A program made the translations under genes and the position numbers. The notes under the pieces are model-generated. The model had not been told where the DNA came from. It did no database searches and worked only from the letters and a program-made list of their open reading frames with translations. Below are positions 39,756 through 51,937 of a stretch of DNA of 64,000 bases, piece after piece (within the stretch, counting starts at the first letter, position 1; every line of letters begins with the position of its first letter). The DNA is taken from positions 5,580,001-5,644,000 of the forward strand of contig JAWMAR010000030.1 of the NCBI GenBank assembly GCA_036785375.1, given 5' to 3'. Source of the DNA: Leucoraja ocellata (taxonomy: Eukaryota).

Positions 39756-40417
39756 AGACCTTAGAAACATAGAAAATAGAAATTAGGTGCAGAAGTAGGC
39801 CATTCGGCCCTTCGAGCCAGCACTGCCTTTCAATATGATAATGTCTAAAATTAGTACCCCGTTCCTACTTTTTCCCCCTATCCCTTAATACCTTTAGCCG
39901 TAAGAGCTAAATCTAACTCTCTTGAAAACATCCAGTGAATTGTCCTCCACTGCCTTCTGTGGCAGAGAATTCCACAGATTCACAACTCTCTGGATGACGA
40001 CATTTTTCCTCATCTCAGTCCTAAATGGCCTACCCCTTATTCTTAAACAGTGACCCCTGGTTCTGGACTACCCAACATTGGGAACATTTTTCCTGCATCT
40101 AGTCTGTCCAATCCTTTAAGAATGTTATATGTTTCTATAAGACCCCCTCTTTTAAATTCCAGTGAATACAAGCCCAGTTGACCCATTCTTTCATCATATG
40201 TCAGTCCAGTCATCCCGGGAATTAACTTGGTGAACCTACGCTGCACTCCCTCAATAGCAATAATGTCCTTCATCAAATTAGGAGACCAAAATTGCCCTCA
40301 ATACTCCAGGTATGGTCTCACCAGGGCCCTGTACAACTGCAGTAGGACCTCCATGCTCCTAAACTCAAATCCTCTCACAATGAAGGCCAACAAGCTATTA
40401 GCTTTCTTCACTGCCTG
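39756..40417 (-). mobile_element. CR1 LINE 3' fragment
   Basis: ORF 40043-40276 IEGVQRRFTKLIPGM..LGLYSLE; tail at about 39760. Confidence 0.92.
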
Positions 40418-42473
40418 ATCAAACCTTTTCCCCATGTTGTCCCCTGGAAAACCACAGGAAAGTTTAGATTTTTAAAAATGAAAAAAACCTAACAATATGC
40501 TTAGTTCACTGTGTGAATCTGGCACAGTCCAAACTGATGAAATTGATTTTCAGGCCCTCCCCCATCTATAATGTTACAACATGTGCTTTTTGAGCATGGC
40601 TATAGCTAACTTTGTTTTACATTGGAGTTTGTTTTGGCTGTGTGCTTATTACTGTTGGCATGTAGTGCAAAGATGTGAGCAGTTTTAACTTTAACAGATT
40701 ATGGAATGTTTCACAAACTCTACAGAGCTGCAAAGGGCAGGTTTGGGACTTACACATATCAACTGCAATGACCTGTAAAATCGTTACTGCAATAAAATAT
40801 CTCAAGGCATTTCAAATTAATCAAAATTAAGATATTTTAGGCCTAGGTGATTCATTTGATTACTTCATTATGAGGTATAGAGCTTAATAATGGAGGCCAA
40901 TGGTACAGTGGATCTTCCCCTGAGTTTGATATATTATCAAAATAATTGGAGGCATTGGGGTGAAGCTTTGTTCTACTGAGGATGAATATAGGCCATGATA
41001 TCTGAGGTAATTAAGAATGGAGGAAGCTATTTATTCCATCCTGGTTTACCCATTCAGAAATAACTCACGAGCTTCTCCAACCTCTCACACATTTATTTTA
41101 ACAACTTTTAACATAATTTATCCCAAAGCACTTCATAGCACTGCTATCAAGTAGAACTTTGCATCAATTCACATTATGAGATTTTATGGCAGGTAACATT
41201 ACAAGATAACATTAATGGATTTATTTTTCATACCTCCCATGCGACATGGATACAGTTATTCAACCCATTAGGTTGAGGCTGGCTCTTACAGCAACCTCAT
41301 CAATCTTATTCCAAATCTCGTATGTGTACAACCTATTCTCTCTCGCAAGGCCATCTACTCCACCCTGATTGTCCTTCCACCCACTTGCACTGGGAGCATC
41401 TTAGAGTGACCAGCCAGTACATTACTGGGTTAAGGGAGGAAACCAGAACATACACAAATATGTGAGAAAGGAGTGGAGAAGTCCATTATATTGTGGATTT
41501 GAAGAGTATTTCACCTCCATCAATCATTCTGGAGATTTAAAGATTGCAGATGCTTAAATATTGAACACAAAAGTAACTCAATGGATAAGCAGCATCTATA
41601 GAGAGGTCAAAAAGACGAAACCAATGCCCCCAAGTCTATGTAGTTCAGAGCATATATGGAGGTTGTAGTATTTAATAGCCTGATGGTAAATATTCAAAGA
41701 CTTCAATGGAATATTTGAGCGTAATCAGAATCCAGTCTCATTCTAGTCAAGTTTCCTCCAACAGCCAGCACAACTAAAATAACAATTAGCAGCTTATTCA
41801 TCCTGTCAATTACTGTTGGTTGGTCCTTGTATACATAGCATGACTGTTGGGTCTCAATAACATACACCTCAGAATAACTCTTTGTGTATGAAGAGTTTTG
41901 AGGCAATTCAATACAAATTGCTCAACGGGAGTTTGGTCCACAGGCATGCAGCAATTTAAAACATTTTTTTTTTTTTGCCCCTGTCCTGTCGCTTAATATT
42001 CAGGTGGATTAATGGTTTGCAATCTTTTCCATGGACAGTGGAGAATACGTCCCAGCTGGTTCTGATCAGAAGTTTAAGCTGTGCTAAAAAGAGATGTTGT
42101 TTCTATTTGCCGTTCTCCCATCCTCCCACAGATCGGTCCTTTGGTACTACAAGACCTTAATCCTTCTCGATCTCTCTGTGCTTTACTTTCCACCTTTGTA
42201 GTACAGCAGAACAGTGTACACACAGAGACAAAAAAAAGAAGAATTACTCTGGAGTCGGCCATGTGGGAAATGGTGATACAATCCCCACTTTATAAAGATA
42301 ATACTTGCTACTTTAAAGGATAACATGTGGTATTTCTGATTATTTAGTAGTCCAAATAGCAAGGCACGTCCCAGCCATAGCCTGAACCAGTAGCAGCCAG
42401 TAGTAGGTTTGTTTTACTAGATGCTCATTGCATTCTGTGGACACAATTGTGGAGACAGTAGTCTAAAGATTCT

Positions 42474-42550
42474 ATGTGTAGGAAGGAACTGAAGATGCTG
42501 GTTTACGCCGAAGACAGTCACAAAATGTTGGAGTAACTCAGCGGGTCACA
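42474..42550 (-). mobile_element. Short Penelope terminal-repeat insert, perfect 11-bp TSD
   Basis: ctaaagattct at 42463-42473 and 42551-42561. Confidence 0.85.
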
Positions 42551-43046
42551 CTAAAGATTCTGAATGGATTCAATTGTCGTGTGGTTGATAGACCCAAGCC
42601 TGCTTTCCCCTCTCCTCATTCACCCATTCAAAGGTCCAATCCTGGTTAGAACTGGAGTGCCCCCTTGGTCCTTCATCATCACCAGTGACAATGTGGAGCC
42701 AAATCTCATAAGATTCAATGGGGATCTAGTATTGGAATACTAAATTTTCACCCCTGGAATGTTTGCTTTTGACTGCGGAATTTATCTTTATGATATTTTT
42801 CTCTTGCTAAAAGCAACTTATTTCACTCAGACTAGACCTGAAGATTATTAAAGGTGTAATCTCTTGCTCTGCTGCTTGCTTGTTGCTTGAGTGTGGTCTG
42901 ATGCACAGTTGCAGACTCTGGCTCCTGACGACTTTAAGAAGGTCGCTTTATAAAGATGCTGATAAGTACTTTTTTTGGTCTAATACTAATCCTCTATTTG
43001 TGTCTCTCCTTTACTTCTGCATGCTGTGTTTGCTGTGACTGCCCAG

Positions 43047-43073
43047 GGTCTAAAGGGGGAACCTGGTGACGAG
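43047..43073 (+). CDS. COL13A1: Collagen exon 27 nt: GLKGEPGDE
   Basis: gactgcccAG|GGTCTA...GACGAG|GTGAGT; similar to the alternatively spliced mammalian GVKGQPGEK exon (recalled). Confidence 0.9.
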
Positions 43074-44504
43074 GTGAGTCATGCAAGGAAAGGGAACATT
43101 GTCCCTCATTTGTATTTCCAGTAGTAAGTTAATAGTACCTCTAAATACTTGTTCGAGTGACCATTGAGTAGAACGGACACTTCATTCTGTTTAATCTAAA
43201 AATTGCGGGGGTTTTAGTGTTGCACTGGTTTTGTGGTTTAAGTGCAGTGGAAATAAAAATAAGTGAATATAATTGAGAATATAGTTCTGGAGTCAGTAAC
43301 ACACCTAATTAGTTGCCACTGGAGCAACTACTTTGTGTAATCATACTTCATTAGGTAATGATTGGAACTTCGCTAGAACTTATTCTTTACAATCTTTCAG
43401 TTAGATAAACAAAACAAAATGAAATCAAGTTTTGTTTTTACCATTTTGTTCAGTGCCCTTTCCCCCATTCCCATGGCCTAGTAGGTAAATATAATTCAGC
43501 TATGGTCAATGAACAACATTTTCTACCGAAGACCTCCCACCAAAGTTGTGCTCAGGACTATCTCATTTCCCTTTGATTGCTCCTTCAGGCCAGACTTGGC
43601 AGCTCAGTACTTTTGCCATTTACTTTTCCATCAACAACATGTTCCTAAATGTTGCGTTCTGAATTCCATTGTGTTTCCTTTCCATTTCCAGTGAATTCCC
43701 CCTCAGTATGTGACCTTCTGGCAGTGATTTCAGTTCATCAATCTCTTTAAGAAGATCTGATCAGTCACTGCATCCCTCATGCACATTGTGCCCTTGGAGG
43801 ACAAAGTGAATCTTGCTCATTTAATTTTCAGGAAGTGGTTTCTTCATGACTGCAAATCACCTTTGGTTGCAGACATTGTTTCCAATTTGTAAAGAAAACT
43901 TGCCAAATCAGTTCCCTGATTACTTGGTTTTCCCTTTTGTTCCACACACTTCTTTTTCTTTCAATAGCTATTCAATTTTTTGATCCAAAAAATGTTTTAC
44001 AACTTTTCCAAAGTAAAGCTGTTTCTCCTTATGGAAAGTTTCTTTAACACTGACCCCTACATAGCACGATGTATTAAGACTATGATTTTTGCCACTAAAT
44101 CACTGTCCTACTAACTTACTGTTCCCTTTGAATTCAACGTGCGTTGAAATTGGAACTTCTCAGATGGTCGACAAAATTTATAATTTAATAAGCAATTGCT
44201 TGATGAATGGATTAGCCTGAGAGACCAATTTGTGGAACACAAATTTATGGAAGAGAAAATTAGATGTTGAAAGACCTCTTAAAAAGCTTCATCCCTTTGC
44301 ACAATGAAGAATGTGATTGGGGCGACAGAGACGCTGACTCAATTGTTCACGGAGAGACTGTGGCTACCACTACTGTTTTTGATACTGACACCATATGAAA
44401 GAGATGCAGCATAAGAAAGTGGCCTTACTTTGATCAAAAGGCAAACTACTATTAAAAGCACTGTAGTTCCTTTACAGCTTTTCCCAAAGTATTTCAAATG
44501 AAGG

Positions 44505-44795
44505 CTGGCATGTATTGCAGTTGGTAGAGTTAGAGCTTCATTGACCTGGGGCCAATCCAATGGTGTCTATGTGGAGTTTGCACATTCACTGTGACCACAT
44601 GCGTTTCTTTTGAACCCTTTGGTTTGGTTTCCTCCCACAAGTCAAAAATGTGCAGGTTGGATTAATTGCCCATCGTATAGTGCCCCTAGTATGTAGGTGA
44701 GTGGTGAATTGTGGTGGAATGTGGGGAGATTAACAATGGGATTGTGGAGGATTGTTAAATAGACAGTGGGACACTTTCTCTGTTCCATGACATTA
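44505..44795 (+). mobile_element. Degraded V-SINE
   Basis: gtggagtttgcacatt..ggtttcctcccaca..gtgcaggttgg; another rearranged copy at about 54900-55160. Confidence 0.7.
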
Positions 44796-46754
44796 TTACG
44801 CTAATATGAGCATGAGGGGTAATACCTTGATGTGGACACCGTGACTGTTCCTTGAGGATTGCACATTCCATATAATCAAAATTTTATGTTTGATATATCC
44901 CCTGAACAGAAATTTTATTTCAACCCTATTCCCTTCATGCAATCCTGGGGTTGCAATGACATTTCCTCTCTCTCTTGCATCCACATATATTGGATCCAGA
45001 TGAACTCTAAATGCCAAACTTCACTCCAATGGGAAAGGGGATGAAATGGCCCCTCACATTATTTAAGGCACCAGGGGGTTTGGGGGGTGGGAGGATGGTT
45101 AGCAAGTACAGTGTCAACTGGATGATTTGAGAGACAATGGTGATAATGAAATGCAAGGATAGACAAGATCAAAGTTCTCCCTGTGGTAACCTTCCCTTCT
45201 TTGGTCAAAATTATCTGCTCCTGATTATTGTACGGTTGTTGATTCAACTCAATGGAGCCATTTTGAGGAGAGGTGAGAAAGACAGTTGTAAAATCAGTCT
45301 AAGGCCCAAAAGAAATGGTGTTGTTTTAAATATCGTAATCATTCTCCCATCATAAGAACTTGTCATGACGTTTAAAGTTGGACCTTGTAAATAATTCTGA
45401 AGGAGAAAATTGTAAATGTGAAATGCAGCCATAACTTGATGGAGCCAGCATGAACCAAAAATTATATATTAGTATTTTTAAAAGGAAAAAGCGGTATGTT
45501 TGGTCTGGCGATTTCCTTTGAGAACATTTTGACAGCAAAATGGGTGCAGTGAGTGAAGCCATTTAGAAACCAGGCACCTTCAAAATGGCGGCCACCATCC
45601 ATAAGGTCCCCTGCACCATCAGCAATCCTTGAGTTGGTCCATTTATTGTGGTCAGTGTGTAGAAAAAAAAGTGGAACAAATTCTTCATAACATGCCAGTC
45701 TAATTTTGGCTTTATTTTTTGGTATTTTCAAAGTGTGTGTGTAGAATTCTATTCCCGTATCCTACTCCAAAACGTGGCAGTCGTCATAACGTCACACTCT
45801 GTCTAATAAAGTCAAATCTGATCTACCAGCCACCATTAATTCCACCCTAGTGGAAGTATGTTCTCGATAAGGCAATGTTCTTGCCCCCAGAGTAACTAAG
45901 TGAGGATTACTCAAAAATAGCCCAGTGTGTCACAGTTAATGCAAAGAAAGGTTCATTGCCAAGAGTTTGACGTAAGCTGCACTGACATCAAGGCAAGCCT
46001 GAATTATCCTTACTTTCTGCTGTAGATGTCTCCCTTTCTGCAGCTTGTTGTTATCACAGAGATCAAGTACATGGGTGGAAGCCATATTCTGCCAGGAAAA
46101 TGGCTTGCAAAGGACATTGTCACAGCAAGGACATGCAGTGCACAGAAGCTCTCTCTTTTCAATGATTCTCTCTCTCAGATGTGGATGATCCCACAGTTTG
46201 GTGCACAACTCATTAACAGATTAATCTTTATTTTCACAAGTCAGTGGTTGTTAATGAACCTGCTGTGTTGAGCAAAACTTGCCACACCAACCTGCACCTA
46301 CTCACAGTCAATTCAAGGGTTCTGGGCAATTGTACATGAGAGGCGTAGGTTTAGGTTAGGTTTAAGTTTATTATTGACGCACGAACCGATTTACAGTGAA
46401 GATCTTTGTAAGGAATAAGGAAACCGTAGAAATATATATGTCAATGTTTTGTGTTTTGCATAATTCCAGAATTGTGAAACTGTTACTGTTGGCTAGGATT
46501 TTCTTCTGTTTATTTCAAGTTTAGTGAAAGCACTGAGACTTGGTTACATACCTAGTCCTACAGACCCCCTCGTACAAACTGCTGATGTTTGAAGAAGTTT
46601 ACTCTTTCGCTCGCCTCAGTAGAATTAATTTAATACTACTTTAAAATAATTGCTGGTACAATCAAGAACACAGGATAACTGAGACTGCATGAAACATGAT
46701 GAAATCTTAGCAGACTTTTCCCCAGGATTTATATCCAGTGGCTGTTTAGCATCT

Positions 46755-47300
46755 AATTCATAGAATTATAAACATGAGAGGCCACTCGGCCCGTTTGCTC
46801 TTCTGCTTAAAAGTGATGAGCATCCTTTCAGACACTTGGTTGAGACACCAACCATTCTCTTGATGAAAGGATTTTCTTCAACAACCTTCTTCAAAAATTT
46901 CACATCGATTGCCCCCTTTTACTGAACCTTGTGTTAAGGTAAGCAAGTCTTGCCTTTCTACTTTTTCTAGATTACTCATAATTTATTCTCGGTTAAGTCT
47001 TCCCCCAATTACTTTTCGAAAGGAATCAACCTTATTTCATTCAAACTTTTTCCACAGTAACTATTTTCCAGACCTGGCAACATCTTCGGAAATCTTCTCC
47101 ATATCCTGCGATTGCCTTATTCCTGTAATGTGGTGAACAGATCTGTACAGATTAGTACCCAAGCTGTCACTGTGTATAGTTCTAGCATAACTATTCTGCC
47201 CTTGTACCCTTTGCTTCTGCTAGTAAAGTTTCCCACATGTCTTTTCAACCACCTTATTGGCCTGTCCTGCTCTTTTATTGATCTCTAAGGTGCCTTTGTT
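46755..47300 (-). mobile_element. Old CR1 fragment
   Basis: catagaatt..gaggccactcggccc tail and degraded ORF2 on the reverse strand. Confidence 0.6.
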
Positions 47301-47502
47301 CCTTTGATATCCTCTCTTTCATGTACATTCACTTGCCATGTTAACCACCCCATTGATTGATGTGGATAAGTTCTGGATAAATCAAATGCCAGTTATTTTA
47401 AGTATCCTGACAAACAAGGTTTATAGAATATTTAAAAGTAATAAAGTTAGTAATTGCTGATGTTGCCAACAGCTTGAAAACTAGATTAAAGAAATGTAAA
47501 TG

Positions 47503-47506
<4 letters not shown>

Positions 47507-47533
<27 letters not shown>
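47507..47533. repeat. (AT)13 microsatellite
   Basis: Direct read. Confidence 0.95.
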
Positions 47534-47537
<4 letters not shown>

Positions 47538-50269
47538 TTTCAAGTGTATAGTCTGTAAGAGCAGTTGGTCCATTTCTCCTTTCTTATCCGGCTACCTAAA
47601 CCTATTTTAAATACTGCTCATTCATTTTCTACCATTAGTTTATGAAGTTTGAGAAATGTACTATCTACTCACTCTGTGAACAGTGTGTGTAACCCTGAAT
47701 CTGACTTATTGTACATGTGGTTTCTAAATTTGAAGTTGGGAGTGTAGCTGGAGGAGTTAAGGCTGCACCTGGTTTACTCTCTAGTCAAGCAACATGCAAC
47801 ATGATGACCCACCATTCATTGAGTAAACTGCAAACCGATAGGGATTTATGCATTATTTAAGTCTGCTTTGGAAATGAGACAAGAATTCTAAGTGCTATTA
47901 AAATAAATCTAATAACTACTTTGTTTTCCCCTTTCTCAAAGGAACTTTAGATGAGATTCTAAAACACTCGTAGACTTTATTTGCTATTTACTTTGATCCA
48001 TGGTTGAAAAATAGCTACCTGGGGTTGCACCCACATTGAGTGTGATTGCAGACCCCAACAATCCATGTTAAATGATCAAAATATAGTGCTCTTCGATGTT
48101 TAGTTGCTCAAATATTCCTTACACAGGCACCTTGCACAGGCTGAGTAATTTATAATTACATCATCTCCATTGAGCCAGAGTAAGAAATACTAACGAGGAA
48201 TCAATGAAAGATGATCGGAAGCACTTTCAGCCATCATGTCAAACACCAATGATGAAGTGGCCAAAGATATGGATCCACTCATTTACCAACCGTTTGTCAA
48301 CTACTGCCCACTGCCAAATTCAATGAAAAATGTAGATTAAACTAATGTTGTCATTAGTCAATGTAGTCAAGTCCAGATAGGCTAATGCATTTTAAACATC
48401 ATGGGATGCTCTTTCTTTCTATAACCACATTTAGCCCATTCCCCAATTTACACAAGAGAGCAACAATATAAAGCGAGGTTGTTCTTGCATTGACACACTG
48501 GTTAATTGTAAATGCAGATGTTTGTTTCCTCTTAAAAGCACCATGCCATTTCAGACTCCAATTTAGCAACATAAGGAACTAACTTGACCTGTTGCCTGCT
48601 TGGACCGTGTGCCCATGTGGACTTGATTTGCCCAGGTGTGTAGGGCGGAATGAGGTGACCCTCCTCGTCCATAGACCTCAAGCGAGCTCTAAGCATTGAA
48701 CAAACCACAAACCTGAACCTGGGGTTCTGCCCACAATTGTACCTTTTCATCACTTTTGAACTATTTTTAACTTTCTCAAAAAGATTCAAAAACTGTTCAA
48801 ATAAATTTAAATATCTAAATAACAAAAGGTAAACGTTTTACGAAATACACCTTGCAAAACGAATAAATAATTAAAATGAATCAATTCATTCACATAACTC
48901 TACTTGCATTTATCCATACAATTGGTGACACCATCTCTTTGTGCACAAAACTTCCTTGATATAATACTGAGGGCTGGTGGTCAAGTCAAATGCATGTGGT
49001 CCCTCCCCTGGGCAGGTCTGTGCTCCATTGCTGGGCTAATGGTGGGTCCAGTAGCAGAGTAGGAGGTCAGATTCATCAAGTGGAGAATTCCAAGAGGCTG
49101 TCGAGAAGGCTGATGGTCACAATTAAACTGTTGACGGCAATCAGCTGTACTCAGCCTTAAACTTCTTCAATATGTTCCTGCTGCATTCTTTGCTGATAAC
49201 TAGAAATCAAGATGACTTTGCTTAACACATGAAATATTCTTTACCCTAAAATATGCATAAAGCTCTATTGGATGTTTGGTTTTACACAGCTTACTGCCAG
49301 ACACAGACAAAATGCTTGGCCATGTAAATAGTAGCATGGTACTAAAGCGCAAATAATATTTTTTCCATATTGAGTGCACAATTCAGTTACACAATTAAGT
49401 AAAATGCCAATTTGCTTTTAGGATTCTGCAAATCACTCCATAATTTGCCATTATTTGCGGTAATGTAAATCACTTAATGTGCATTACATGTATAGTCCTG
49501 CTATTGTAGTTTTTGTAAAATGAGTTGCAATTTCCCAATGATTAACAGGAGCTATAATACAAATCTTAGATCTCCCATTGACTAAGATAAGAATGTATTT
49601 AATGGTATTACACTAATACGTTGTTAGTTCTAACTGCTGGACTGTGTTAAGTGGGGTGGCTTCAGTTCCATAGGAATATGGTAAAAGTGCTAACATCTGG
49701 GATCTGTAGGCTAGGAGGGCCTGAGAAACTGCCTGGGTTTTGGCTACAAATCAGTTGCTTGGATTATTAGTGTGCTGATCCAGGCAGAAAGACCAAATGA
49801 CAGTGGTCTGGTCCCCAATCGCTCACTGAAGGAGTTATGTCACTGATCCCCTCTATTGCTGTATGATTCAAAGTGGTGTTACAGCAGGGCATTGAAAGTA
49901 ACTTCCCCAGGGCCATAAAAAAAATGCAAAAGAAGACGATACTCAGTGTACCAAACTATTCTATGCATTCATGTGCCTAAGCATGCAATTCTATGCATAC
50001 AATAATGCTTGCCCAACAATAATTTCTCTGCTATAATTTTCTTGGGAGAATAATAATGTGCAGCAGTAACCAGGGGAAGTGGGTGAGAAGGAGAATGGAG
50101 AATATAGATGTGATTACAAAAGAAAGATACATCCCTGTTTGCATTTTAATTTAAAATTATTTCATATCTATCTATTGTCTGTAAAACGCACCAAAAGACA
50201 ATCAGGGCAAAAGGCTGTTACTATGAATGTGACATTGAATGGAATGCACACTTCCTGATTAGTACGGGT

Positions 50270-50403
50270 GCCGGGGGTTATGGGAAGAAGGCAGGAGAAT
50301 GGGGTTAGGAAGGAGAGATAGATCAGCCATGATTAAATAGCAGAATAGGCTTGATGGGCCGAATGGCCTAATTTTGCTCCCGTTACTTATGACCTTATGA
50401 CCC
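50270..50403 (+). mobile_element. CR1 3' tail
   Basis: Same family as 1038-1165, ending (ttatgacc)n. Confidence 0.85.
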
Positions 50404-50640
50404 TGGATGCTACATCTGTGATTATAGTTGACCATTCTGGAACTTTAAATTTGACACTCAGTGATCTAATCTTGGTTAGGTCTTGGTAGTCTCTATATTC
50501 CGGCTGTTGATTGCAAGTTGGATTAGGGGATCGACGTCACCAGTGAGAGGTGATCTACAATAAAGCATAATCTGTCTCTGTATGGATTCTTATGGGTGCC
50601 TGGCCTGATTGTCTGATTGCCTTTTCCACTTCTACCATAG

Positions 50641-50691
50641 GGAGCTCCAGGAGATCCTGGCATCTCAATCATTGGACCCCGTGGCCCTCCT
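50641..50691 (+). CDS. COL13A1: Collagen exon 51 nt with helix interruption: GAPGDPGISIIGPRGPP
   Basis: ttctaccatAG|GGAGCT...CCTCCT|GTGAGT; the GISIIGPRGPP interruption matches human COL13A1 GLSIIGPRGPP and is the main basis for the orthology call. Confidence 0.95.
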
Positions 50692-51567
50692 GTGAGTCCT
50701 TCTGTATTTTACTGATTCCTTTCTCGCTGTATGTTCAGTAACTGTGTGTCAGAACAGGAAATAGTGGTGAAGCAATTATGAGTTAGAATCGCATTGCATA
50801 TCAGGCGTGGACATTTAATACCATTCCTTCATCACTGCATGTAAATCGTAGAACTCCCTCCCAAACAGCACTTTGTGGTACCTTCACCAGAAGCGCTGCA
50901 GTGGTTTGCGAGAAGAAGCACCTTCACAGAGGCTATTAAGGACAGGAATAAATGCTAGCTTCACGAGCAATACAACCCCCAAAAAAGAATAATTAAGAGA
51001 AGTCTCAATAATCTGTTTTTTTGAGTCAATGACTTTCTTTAAGGAACTGACTTGATAAAAAAGTGCCACAAATGAGATAATTTATACTGACTTTACTGTG
51101 CTGTGCACCTTGGTGTCAAGGGGATTGGTTAGAGACTTCATTTTGTTTTTACCCTTCAGTCTAAACAAAGTATTCTGTCAAGGAAGAACAAGGGCATTGA
51201 AATGTTGTGTGATTGAAAATTATTTTTGTGTAGAGGGACTCGTCTCGACATATATTTCCAGATTGCTTTTGAGTGGTGTGGTGAGTCATCCACACATGTA
51301 CTGTACCATTTCCACACTATGAGTCCCTGGGTTGATGTGATTTTCTCAGCATCAATCCTGTGGGTGGATAATTGGGTATTTACATCATGTGTCCTAGGCA
51401 AGATCATCATCAAGCCTCCCATCCCCACTCTCCACTTTTCCCACGCTCCAATCTTCATCCCTATCTTCCGAAGTACCGATTTCCCAATGTACAACACAAA
51501 GCCCCCAACGCTTCCATCTCCTCACTCTGCCATCCTGAGATTCATAAAGACCCCTGATTGGAAGCAT

Positions 51568-51937
51568 TGGATGGGCAGCTTACAACCCAGTGGTAAGAAC
51601 ATTGATTTCTCTAACTTCAAGTAATCCCTGCATTCCCTCTCTCCATCCCTCCCCTACCCAAGTCACACCAGTTTTTCATTCTCACCTAGCAAACAGCTAA
51701 CAACGGCCTGTTTCCTTTATCATTGTTACTTTTTTTGCATTCATTTGTTCTTTATCTCTCTCTACATCATTGTCTATGTCTCTCATTTCCCTTTACCATG
51801 ATTCAGTCTGAAGAAGGGTCTCGACTTGAAACATCATGCATTCCTTCTCTCCAGAGATGCTGCTTGTTCCGCTGAGTTACTCCAACATTTTGTGTCTATC
51901 TTCGGTTTAAGCCAGCATCTGCAGACCCTGCCTACAC
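51568..51937 (+). mobile_element. Penelope 3' end: end of ORF (GIY-YIG region) plus terminal repeat
   Basis: GSLQPSGKNIDFSNFK* then a CT-rich UTR then ctgaagaagggtctcgac..cctacaca; physically links the short inserts to a Penelope ORF. Confidence 0.85.
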
